Virus record (IMG/VR): IMGVR_UViG_3300017717_000005
Coordinates: 1 to 59,849 of that record
Direction: 5' to 3' (one strand)
DNA length: 59,849 nucleotides
Source of the DNA: a virus
Shown here: positions 50,103 to 57,523 of the stretch, piece after piece
Position numbering within the stretch: position 1 is the first letter of the stretch
Layout of the letters: the number at the start of each line of letters is the position of its first letter
Notes under the pieces: model-generated
The model's database searches: none
What the model saw: only the letters and a program-made list of their open reading frames with translations
What the model was told of the DNA's origin: nothing
Position numbers and translations under genes: made by a program

Positions 50103-52223
50103 TTAGCGGTGGTACTCTTTCATCTTGTTTTTCCTAAAGAACTCTTTGTCAGAGAAGCTGGCCCTCTTCACTTCGTTCTTTACTTTCTGTGCAGCAAGAA
50201 GCGCAAGACCTGCACTAATTGTCAAGTCAAACTTAGTTCTATTCGTGATTTTGTAGCCTATCCAGTCCTCCAAAGTCTTGTTGAAATACATGCTCCCCAT
50301 CTCCCCTGTATCTAGGTTTTCACCCACGTGAGCGTGGATATACGCCTCGATCGCTTGGGCATGAGATTGAATAACGTCCTGTGAGTTTGACGGGATGCCT
50401 TTGGTTTTGCTAGACGTAGACCCCGCCTTGAGAAACTCTGGTCTGTCAAGCAAGTAGTTGTCGTAACCTCTTGACTCAAAATACCTTACAATACCGTACT
50501 TGTTGTTCTCAACCAGCAGTGGGTATCCATAGTAGAAGGCAGCCATAAGCACGTCCTCATAGAATATGCTGGCCAAGTCTGGACGTGAAGCGTACTCAAG
50601 AACAAACATGTTTGCTGGGGCGTGCATGTTGAACTTGTTGTAGAGGTGCAGGGCGCCTTTAGAGCCTCTACCGTCTACCGTTTGATCTAAGTCGTAGGAG
50701 TCAACACCTCCGCAACCAATGAGGCTGTTACCAGGGCTCTTTTTGCCTCGGTCATCGATTACTTTGTTCCTGTCAGTTGGGTCAGGCTGCCAAGACACTC
50801 TGAACCTACCGTTCGGATCTGGAGAGAAGATGACTTCTTTGTCTTTCTCCTTCCACATGAAGTTGCCCCTGACGACGGGGTTTGGGTACAGCTCGTTGTT
50901 GTGGTCAATCTGCTGATAGATTTTACCCACATTGAAGATGCTCCCCTCGATACTATCTCGAAAAGCTTCTTCCTCTGTAAATGGGAACTGCCTGACAACC
51001 TCGTTCAGTTCCGAGGGGTCGTTCTTTAGGCTCTCCCTTTCGTTCCTGAGGTACGTCTTGGCCCCAACATCGATTTGCTCATTATCGATGCCAAGCACGG
51101 CACTCTCAGGGTCTTCCATGACGGGGTTTCCGTACTGATCGAAAAACCCTTCAAGGGCTTCGTAAGCTGGTATAAATAAGCGATAGAGGCCGCTTTTAGT
51201 CCTACCGTTGGCGTTGCGTTCATTTGGATTAGAATCTTCCCATAGGGCTTTGTATTCCTCCCCACCTTTATTCATGGGGTTCACTGTACTACCTACAAGA
51301 GCCTTGCCAACTACCCTTTTACCGACAATAAGGCAGGTTCTTTCAATACGCCACGCCTCACGTATGTCAACAGGCTTCTCCCACTTGCCTGCCTCATCGA
51401 GGTACAGCATGTGGAGCTTCTCGCCATCGTATGCGTTGTTGGTGGTGTTCTTCCAGTTAATTATCGTATTAAGAGCGTCACCCTTCTGCGAAGTCTTATT
51501 CTTCTTAGTGATTCTCTTAGAGGGCTCACGAAAAGCCAGCTCCATGCGCGGGTTTGTCGTTCCATCTTGAATAGGCTTGAAGAAAAAGGGATACGATCTA
51601 AAAATCGGAACCACCTTCTTCATGAATATATTCTCCTGGGAGTCCTTACCCGTCTTTGACTGTATGCCTAGGAGCTTGTCTTTGACTTGCGTAGCTTCGT
51701 CCACAAGAACAGAACTGCAGACATTAGTGTAGCCAGAACGGCGACACTTAGTATAAAGCTGACCGATACAACGGGGATCAGCTTCGCACGCAGCCATGTG
51801 GAGAAAGATCTCACGCTGGAAGGCAAGATACGAAGGAAATCCGATATCGATTTTTGACCACTGGAGGAACATGTAGTGCCTGCCTGTGATGTACGTAGGG
51901 ACGCCATGATTGTAAAACCAAACACCGTCACGCCTCCGCTCAAACTCCCTCTCGATGAAACCAGAAAATTTCCTGCGGAACTCCGAAGGCTTCTCGTGCC
52001 ACTCATCCATACTACGTATCTTTTGCAACTCTTCGGGCATAGGAATGCGTCGCCACAGTTGCATAGACTTTGGCTGCTCATGGAAGAGTATTTCAGATCG
52101 CTTTGGCTTTTTCGGGAGGACAACAAGAAGCCCATGGAGCTCAATACCCTCACCCGTTGTACCGTTAGGATCGACCCGAATACCTTTATCTTCGTATCCA
52201 TCTACGTCTACCAGAACTGACAT
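50103..52223 (-). CDS. terL: terminase large subunit
   Basis: Has a Walker A-like KCRRSGYT, a Walker B LHMLYLDEAGKWE, and a C-terminal nuclease-like GCGGVDSYD. Size is 706 aa and it lies upstream of the portal. Confidence 0.8.
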   Translation of the reverse strand: MSVLVDVDGYEDKGIRVDPNGTTGEGIELHGLLVVLPKKPKRSEILFHEQPKSMQLWRRIPMPEELQKIRSMDEWHEKPSEFRRKFSGFIEREFERRRDGVWFYNHGVPTYITGRHYMFLQWSKIDIGFPSYLAFQREIFLHMAACEADPRCIGQLYTKCRRSGYTNVCSSVLVDEATQVKDKLLGIQSKTGKDSQENIFMKKVVPIFRSYPFFFKPIQDGTTNPRMELAFREPSKRITKKNKTSQKGDALNTIINWKNTTNNAYDGEKLHMLYLDEAGKWEKPVDIREAWRIERTCLIVGKRVVGKALVGSTVNPMNKGGEEYKALWEDSNPNERNANGRTKSGLYRLFIPAYEALEGFFDQYGNPVMEDPESAVLGIDNEQIDVGAKTYLRNERESLKNDPSELNEVVRQFPFTEEEAFRDSIEGSIFNVGKIYQQIDHNNELYPNPVVRGNFMWKEKDKEVIFSPDPNGRFRVSWQPDPTDRNKVIDDRGKKSPGNSLIGCGGVDSYDLDQTVDGRGSKGALHLYNKFNMHAPANMFVLEYASRPDLASIFYEDVLMAAFYYGYPLLVENNKYGIVRYFESRGYDNYLLDRPEFLKAGSTSSKTKGIPSNSQDVIQSHAQAIEAYIHAHVGENLDTGEMGSMYFNKTLEDWIGYKITNRTKFDLTISAGLALLAAQKVKNEVKRASFSDKEFFRKNKMKEYHR

Positions 52224-52411
52224 TAGTAACTTCTGCCAAGGCCATCCATACGACCGAGGTTAGCCACCCCAGTCTTAGGGTTCTTCACCTCCATATACTT
52301 ACCACAAGGGCACTTGATGTCTTGATAGGCACCTTCGCCATCGAACTTGATGGAAACGCCACTCTTAGTCTCTTCGTGCTTCTTCTCGCACTTACAAATG
52401 TATTCAGCCAT
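52223..52411 (-). CDS. zinc-ribbon protein (62 aa)
   Basis: Contains CKCEKK...CPCGKY Cys pairs. Overlaps the terL start as TAATG. Confidence 0.55.
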   Translation of the reverse strand: MAEYICKCEKKHEETKSGVSIKFDGEGAYQDIKCPCGKYMEVKNPKTGVANLGRMDGLGRSY

Positions 52412-52427
52412 GTTGCAATTTAATTAG

Positions 52428-52501
52428 TACACCTGACAGGATTCGAACCTGTGACCGTCTGCTTAGAAGGCAGATGCTCTATCCAACTGAGCTACAGGTG
52501 C
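52428..52501 (-). tRNA. tRNA-Arg(TCT): tRNA-Arg (anticodon UCU)
   Basis: Folded by hand as GCACCTG-TA-GCTC-AGTTGGATA-GAGC-A-TCTGC-CTTCTAA-GCAGA-CGGTC-ACAGG-TTCGAAT-CCTGT-CAGGTGT-A. All four stems pair (G1-U72 is a wobble). The CCA tail is not encoded. Confidence 0.9.
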
Positions 52502-52601
52502 ATACGATTATTTCTCGTACTCCCCGTTCCACATATCCTCCCAGAACTTGTACCTATCTCTATCCTCTTTGGTGATAGTCATGTTCTTCCACCAGTACTG
52601 T

Positions 52602-52898
52602 TTACTTTGAGAATCGTTCTGCGAATCCTCCTGAGTAGTCTTTGTCTTCTTCAATTTGTCCATTGCTTTTCAATTCTTTGAGCATCTGTTCTAGCTTTTG
52701 ACGCTCTATAATTAACTCTTTGCAGTCTACTGCTGTTTGCTTGATCGATTGAAGCTCAGCCTTTCTAGCAGAGCCAGTGATCTCAGAATCAACTGGACGC
52801 TTGATCTCTTCGATCATGTTGTTTATGGCTACAGCCATAGAGTCCATGAGTCGCTCAGATGCGTCCGACGTTGTAAATTTAAGCGCCTTCCTCGACAT
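52602..52898 (-). CDS. hypothetical coiled-coil protein (98 aa)
   Basis: ORF upstream of the tRNA/terL region. A small-terminase role is conceivable from position only. Confidence 0.5.
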   Translation of the reverse strand: MSRKALKFTTSDASERLMDSMAVAINNMIEEIKRPVDSEITGSARKAELQSIKQTAVDCKELIIERQKLEQMLKELKSNGQIEEDKDYSGGFAERFSK

Positions 52899-53478
52899 AG
52901 ATCAACTCATCTTGACGAATCCTGAAGTACAGCTTGTCGTCGATTTCAATCTCATAGTCGCTACCTTCTTTGTACACGACTACATCGCCAGGGTTGACAT
53001 TCATCCAGTCGGTACGATCGTTATGCTCAATGAAGCGTGCCTTTTTTGTAGGCACCTTCTTGAGCTTGACCACCTCAATACCGTTTACAACCTCATTCTC
53101 TTGGCTCTCTTCGATAGGTTCTAAGAGAAGCCATCCTCCGAGAGTTTTAAGCTCTCCTGTCTCCTTAGATCTGTAAGCGATAGCCTGGTTGGCCAAGGTC
53201 TGTTCGTGGTCGTAACGAACCACGTAAAGACCGTCGTTCTCCTCTAGGCCGAGATGCTGTCCTTTTTGAATTACAACGTGGTGATGGAAGTACAGGGTGT
53301 CCCCTACCTCTACGCCTAGGTCGTACCTAGCGGGTGTTGACACGATTTCACCACCAGTCACACGGTGTTGGAACTCGTTGTACTTCGAGTCAAGGTAGAG
53401 TTCCGTTCCGTTTGCGAGCTTGAGGGTGTCTTTGCGTGTCTTATCTAGTTTTACAATGAATGATTCTAGCGTTCGCAT
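52879..53478 (-). CDS. tandem GroES/Cpn10-like domain protein (199 aa)
   Basis: The second half, LLLEPIEES...VVNGIEVV...VNPGDVVVYKEGSDYEIEIDDKLYFRIRQDELIYV, follows the GroES pattern. The first half has a weaker copy (GGEIVSTP...VEVGDTLYF). Confidence 0.4.
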   Translation of the reverse strand: MRTLESFIVKLDKTRKDTLKLANGTELYLDSKYNEFQHRVTGGEIVSTPARYDLGVEVGDTLYFHHHVVIQKGQHLGLEENDGLYVVRYDHEQTLANQAIAYRSKETGELKTLGGWLLLEPIEESQENEVVNGIEVVKLKKVPTKKARFIEHNDRTDWMNVNPGDVVVYKEGSDYEIEIDDKLYFRIRQDELIYVEEGA

Positions 53479-53479
53479 A

Positions 53480-53716
53480 TTAAAAATTTAAGTCAAATTC
53501 TATGATACAGGGCATGCTGTCTATGACTTTCCATAGCATGGTCTCTGTATCGTTCTCGATGTAGATCAGATATCTTTTGAACCCGTGGTTGTGAAGGTGC
53601 CTTTCGTCCTCCACGATGGCAGAGACTGTGCCCCTACCAGCTTTCATGCCTACAAAATACGCCATCCCGTCCTTGGGGTCGCGTCCAATTACAATCTTTC
53701 TTATTAAGCCCTCCAT
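53480..53716 (-). CDS. hypothetical protein (78 aa)
   Basis: ORF tightly packed between its neighbours. Confidence 0.5.
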   Translation of the reverse strand: MEGLIRKIVIGRDPKDGMAYFVGMKAGRGTVSAIVEDERHLHNHGFKRYLIYIENDTETMLWKVIDSMPCIIEFDLNF

Positions 53717-54012
53717 TAGTTTAGAGATATGCCGAGATCGCCCAGCATATCCCCAAGTTCACCACCGCCTTCTTCGTATGTATTCTTCATGATGTCGATG
53801 ATGATGTCTAGCTCATCTTGACCGTCCAGGTTGTAGCTAAACAGGGATTTCATTTCTACTGATTCGTTCTCAGGATTTTCAATTTCGTCCATGAGACCTA
53901 CGACAATGGCAGACATTACTCTGTCTTCGTAACCTCGCTCTCTCACCAGTTCTTCAATTTCAAGAACCTTGGCGTAGAGCTCAGAGAGAAATTCTGTGTC
54001 TTCGTAGTTCAT
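53716..54012 (-). CDS. hypothetical acidic protein (98 aa)
   Basis: ORF divergent from the + strand gene at 54041. Confidence 0.5.
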   Translation of the reverse strand: MNYEDTEFLSELYAKVLEIEELVRERGYEDRVMSAIVVGLMDEIENPENESVEMKSLFSYNLDGQDELDIIIDIMKNTYEEGGGELGDMLGDLGISLN

Positions 54013-54016
54013 GGCT

Positions 54017-54024
54017 TATTTTTG
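54017..54024 (+). promoter_or_regulatory. promoter box TATTTTTG for the lone + strand gene
   Basis: Matches TAnnTTTG and lies 16 nt upstream of the ATG at 54041. Confidence 0.4.
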
Positions 54025-54040
54025 TCTAAGATACGACAAC

Positions 54041-54463
54041 ATGCCGAAATCCAAGGTCAAGAAAAAACGACTCTTCCGTGAGGTCTCATACCTCAAAGAG
54101 GATTACATCAACAAGAACTATCTCAAAGAGCTGCGGTCTACACGCATCATGTTCTGTGAGGACAACGATATTTCATTCAGCCATCTGGAGTTTCTCCTGT
54201 GGGCGTATGACAAAGAGTTCTGGACCATCAACTACGCAGCTGATGGATACGGATTCAACAAGAAGAACTTCGGGAATAGGATCTTGTTCCCATTGAAGCG
54301 TTCTGGCATGATCTACAAACACTTCGATAAGCTCACACCATCGGATACAAGAGAAGATCACCTCTTCCGTGACGAGACCAAGATGAACTACCGAGTCAGG
54401 TATGCTATAACGCAAAAAGCCCGCATGTTGGTGCAGGCTTTTTACAGAAGATTAGAGAACTGA
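54041..54463 (+). CDS. winged-helix (MarR-like) DNA-binding protein, opposite in orientation to the late genes
   Basis: ISFSHLEFLLWAY...ILFPLKRSGMIYKHFD...YRVRYAITQKARMLV follows a wHTH layout. I prefer the start at 54041 over 54011 because the promoter box lies between them. Confidence 0.45.
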   Translation: MPKSKVKKKRLFREVSYLKEDYINKNYLKELRSTRIMFCEDNDISFSHLEFLLWAYDKEFWTINYAADGYGFNKKNFGNRILFPLKRSGMIYKHFDKLTPSDTREDHLFRDETKMNYRVRYAITQKARMLVQAFYRRLEN

Positions 54464-54847
54464 TCAGGTTAGAGCGTTGATAGAATCAAAAGTTTTTTGA
54501 TACTGCCTGACCAGTCCGCCATCTGTCAGAACTCTATTTGCGAACGCAAGGGTTAGGGTAAGCTCATTTGAGTGGTCAGGAATGAGGGCTTCAGCTACGT
54601 CTTCCAAGCAGGTTTGACCAGCGATAACGCCACCCTGACTTGCCACTCTCAAAGAAAACTCACTGACAATAGTAATGTCTTCAGGATGGACCGCAGTCAA
54701 GTCCCTAACATCATCAGTGAAGCAAGAGCTACCTTCGATCGTGCCGCCCTGTTGAAGAACCCTCTTAGCAAATTCAGATCTGATCGACTCAAATCTAGAG
54801 ATGATCGTTGCTGTTGACGATGTGGTTAGACCTAGACCAAAAAACAT
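54464..54847 (-). CDS. fibre-associated protein with three F..RV...GG repeats (127 aa)
   Basis: Contains FAKRVLQQGGTIEGSSCFTDDV, FSLRVASQGGVIAGQTCLEDV and FANRVLTDGGLVRQYQKTFDSI. Confidence 0.5.
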   Translation of the reverse strand: MFFGLGLTTSSTATIISRFESIRSEFAKRVLQQGGTIEGSSCFTDDVRDLTAVHPEDITIVSEFSLRVASQGGVIAGQTCLEDVAEALIPDHSNELTLTLAFANRVLTDGGLVRQYQKTFDSINALT

Positions 54848-55212
54848 TACTCTTCGTCTTCAGATGGTTCAGGGAAAAGCTCTGGGTGCAGCTCTTTGCA
54901 CTTGGCGAAGTACTCTGCATTGGCAGAGGAAGACCCGAAGGTGTGGACACCAAGGCCCGCGATCCACACCAGTTGAGCATCCCAACTCTCATCAGGCTCG
55001 CCATCCCACAGAACGTCTACGTGGTAGTTGTCTGAAAGCACAGCAGCCTCCACTACGTTCTCGTCGTCGTCATAAGTAGCTGGTGTAGTTACGATATGAC
55101 CCAACCGAACCACTGTGTGGCTTGGTGCGTGATCTTCATCAAGGCCCAAGAGGTTGATCTTCGTTGTGGCAGCTGATTGGCTGCCAAACTCATATTTGCG
55201 AAATTTTCTCAT
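54847..55212 (-). CDS. hypothetical acidic protein (121 aa)
   Basis: ORF downstream of the fibre paralogues. Confidence 0.5.
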   Translation of the reverse strand: MRKFRKYEFGSQSAATTKINLLGLDEDHAPSHTVVRLGHIVTTPATYDDDENVVEAAVLSDNYHVDVLWDGEPDESWDAQLVWIAGLGVHTFGSSSANAEYFAKCKELHPELFPEPSEDEE

Positions 55213-55222
55213 GTGTGTGTTA

Positions 55223-57508
55223 TTACGTAGTCAGGGCGATGGCCTCGTCTTTTGTAAGTGGTCGATTAAAAATCATACACCTATTTACTGTCATCTTGCT
55301 TTCGCCATAAAGAAATTGCATCTGCGAGATACCTTTCTTAGTCGTGTCTACGCTGTAGTCCAATTTTGTTTGCACCCCATCGACGTACACAGCAACTGAG
55401 TCTCTGTTGTACACAACGGCAATCTTATTGGCTCCTTCAGCAGCGTGGTTGGACGAATACTCAGAGCCTGGTGTTGACGGCGTGGCTGAAGGGAAGCCCT
55501 CATACCCAATGCTCTTGTTGTATTGAAAAACAGATCTGGAGGTAGCATTTCCGTACAATGCTCTCCACAAACCCGCCGCCAAGGTGCCGTTAGTCTTAAA
55601 GTCTTTGTAGTCAATGAACACTGTGAAGTCTTCAGTGGCGTACTCATCATAGTCTACAGGGGAGATAAAATGGTCTCTTTCTCTGGTTACAGAACTACCG
55701 TAAGTAGGCATGTATGAGGTACACCATGGACCTTCTTCAAACTGCAACCCATAAGCTGTGTAGTCTTTTGAGCCCCCTGCAGCCACAGTTACGGAAGAAC
55801 CGTTGGTACTTATCATAGCATAAAGAATACCCTCTACAGAAGTGTTGCTTCCTGTGTCTGTGTAAGATGCAGAGAACCTCCAGTAATCACCATGGTTTTC
55901 TACAGGATGCACAACCATATTACCGACACTGTCAACCTTGGTGGCAGTTCCGTTATACTCATCAAAAATGACGTAAGCAACTTTGCCTGTAGAGTTGGGG
56001 GCCTGTGAAAAAAAGTTTATGCCAAAACCCCCAAATGTCGATACCGCTGAACTAGCCTTCTTCACAAACACACTAAATGTAAAAGTATCGCCAAGTGATG
56101 TGATGTCTACATTAGGAGTATTGACTCTTAAAAAATTAGTGCCGCTGGGGTGCTGTATTCTAAATGCATTTTGAAGACCCTCTGGGCTGACGGCATAGTT
56201 CTGAGTGACAGTTGCAGTAACATTAGTATTCCCAGCAGCGTACTCGCTATTGGTGAAGTAGTTTATTCTTGTCGGCTCCACCAAAGCACCAGGGCAATCG
56301 TTCGTCGAAGTCAAGTAATCGTACCTGGGCTCATTTGCTTGGAGCCCAGCTGTAGCTGGCATACCCTTAGACTCGATGGGGGCGGTGGCTACGAGGCCAA
56401 CTTCGAGCTGCGCCTCCTGGATGTAAACGAACTCTCCGTTGGTGCCTGAAACAGAGCCGTCGGCAAGGGCTGGGAAAATCTTTACAACATTGATGTTGGC
56501 TTTTCCAGTAACTGAAACTCTGTACCAGCCCCCAGCGCTGCCTATCTGCTCAACATTGAATCCAATTCTACCAATACCAGAATCAAACGTACCTCCGCTA
56601 ATTCTAGATCCATCGGTGAGGTCTACAATGACTTCGATGTGACTTCCTGAGACTGGATCAAACCTACACACGACACCTGGCACATTGCCTTTCTTAGCAT
56701 AAAAAGACCAAGTCTGAACCACATCTGACGCTGTAACACTCTGAAAAAGGTGTGGGGTGTTCCCAGTCCTTTCAAGCTTAAATACATCTCTATTTCCGTC
56801 GTATCCAGATACATCGGTAACTGCCGTAACACTCACGTTGTTTTTTTGCCAAGCGGCATTTGTGAAGGTATTGGAGTACTTAACCAAATTCTCCCTCCCC
56901 TTCTCGATCAGCCCGTCTGCTTTGACGCGAGTGGCACCGAGGTTCTCATCTCTTGAAACCCTGAAGTCAAGAGATCTCTGCTCTGCTTCCCTGACAATGA
57001 TGTCTTTCAGAACAATGTTTGCGCTAGGTGTTTGGGTCTGAAGGTAGAAGTATGGGCTGTCGTTAGTCTGCCCTCTCTTAAATGATACAGCGTGTGTGCC
57101 AACAGTCGATGGAGCGCTTCGAATAACCCCATCTTCAGAGTACTGGAAAGTAGTGACACCGTTGTTTTCCACTACGGTGTACGTCAGGTTGTACGCCTTT
57201 CCATTTTCCAAGTAAGCGGTGGTAGTTCCGTTACTAGTGTAGACTCTTCCCTTTGCGGAACCGTTAGAGCCAGTTGTAATTGTAACAACTCCATTTGCGA
57301 TACTGGCTGTTGCGTCGGTGCTGTCTGTCAAAACAAGCCCCAAGCTGTTGGTTGATGCACTAAGAGAACCCGAAGTAGACAGATCGCTGTTTGCGTTTAA
57401 GACGGTTGGCTTTAGCTTCTCAACAGGTTTCAGTGAATACGCTTTGTGTGGGGCGCCAGCTGCAGCCTCACCAGAGAAGATAAACGTTGCGTCGTCGTAT
57501 AAGCTCAT
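55223..57508 (-). CDS. tail fibre / receptor-binding protein paralogue B (761 aa), LamG-type jelly-roll modules
   Basis: Shares MSLYD..., AY(S/N)(L/I)KPVEKLK, VRE.EQ...DF, ADGLI.K.R.NL..YSN.F.NA.W, NEPRYDY, EP.R.N.....SEY and TSY(I/M)PTYGS..TR..D blocks with 57524..59710. The C-terminus is LamG-like. Confidence 0.65.
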   Translation of the reverse strand: MSLYDDATFIFSGEAAAGAPHKAYSLKPVEKLKPTVLNANSDLSTSGSLSASTNSLGLVLTDSTDATASIANGVVTITTGSNGSAKGRVYTSNGTTTAYLENGKAYNLTYTVVENNGVTTFQYSEDGVIRSAPSTVGTHAVSFKRGQTNDSPYFYLQTQTPSANIVLKDIIVREAEQRSLDFRVSRDENLGATRVKADGLIEKGRENLVKYSNTFTNAAWQKNNVSVTAVTDVSGYDGNRDVFKLERTGNTPHLFQSVTASDVVQTWSFYAKKGNVPGVVCRFDPVSGSHIEVIVDLTDGSRISGGTFDSGIGRIGFNVEQIGSAGGWYRVSVTGKANINVVKIFPALADGSVSGTNGEFVYIQEAQLEVGLVATAPIESKGMPATAGLQANEPRYDYLTSTNDCPGALVEPTRINYFTNSEYAAGNTNVTATVTQNYAVSPEGLQNAFRIQHPSGTNFLRVNTPNVDITSLGDTFTFSVFVKKASSAVSTFGGFGINFFSQAPNSTGKVAYVIFDEYNGTATKVDSVGNMVVHPVENHGDYWRFSASYTDTGSNTSVEGILYAMISTNGSSVTVAAGGSKDYTAYGLQFEEGPWCTSYMPTYGSSVTRERDHFISPVDYDEYATEDFTVFIDYKDFKTNGTLAAGLWRALYGNATSRSVFQYNKSIGYEGFPSATPSTPGSEYSSNHAAEGANKIAVVYNRDSVAVYVDGVQTKLDYSVDTTKKGISQMQFLYGESKMTVNRCMIFNRPLTKDEAIALTT

Positions 57509-57523
57509 TACTTGTTGTTTTCT

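Noticed and set aside
52508-52582. A 24-codon minus-strand ORF (MTITKEDRDRYKFWEDMWNGEYEK) between the 98-aa gene and the tRNA.
   Set aside because: It is too short to support without conservation or expression data, and it could be chance.
54041-54463. The opposite-strand wHTH gene read as a CI-like lysogeny repressor, which would imply a temperate lifestyle.
   Set aside because: I recognised no integrase, recombinase, excisionase, partition genes or attP anywhere in the 59.7-kb genome. The gene is small, lies within the structural genes, and is more simply explained as a timing regulator.
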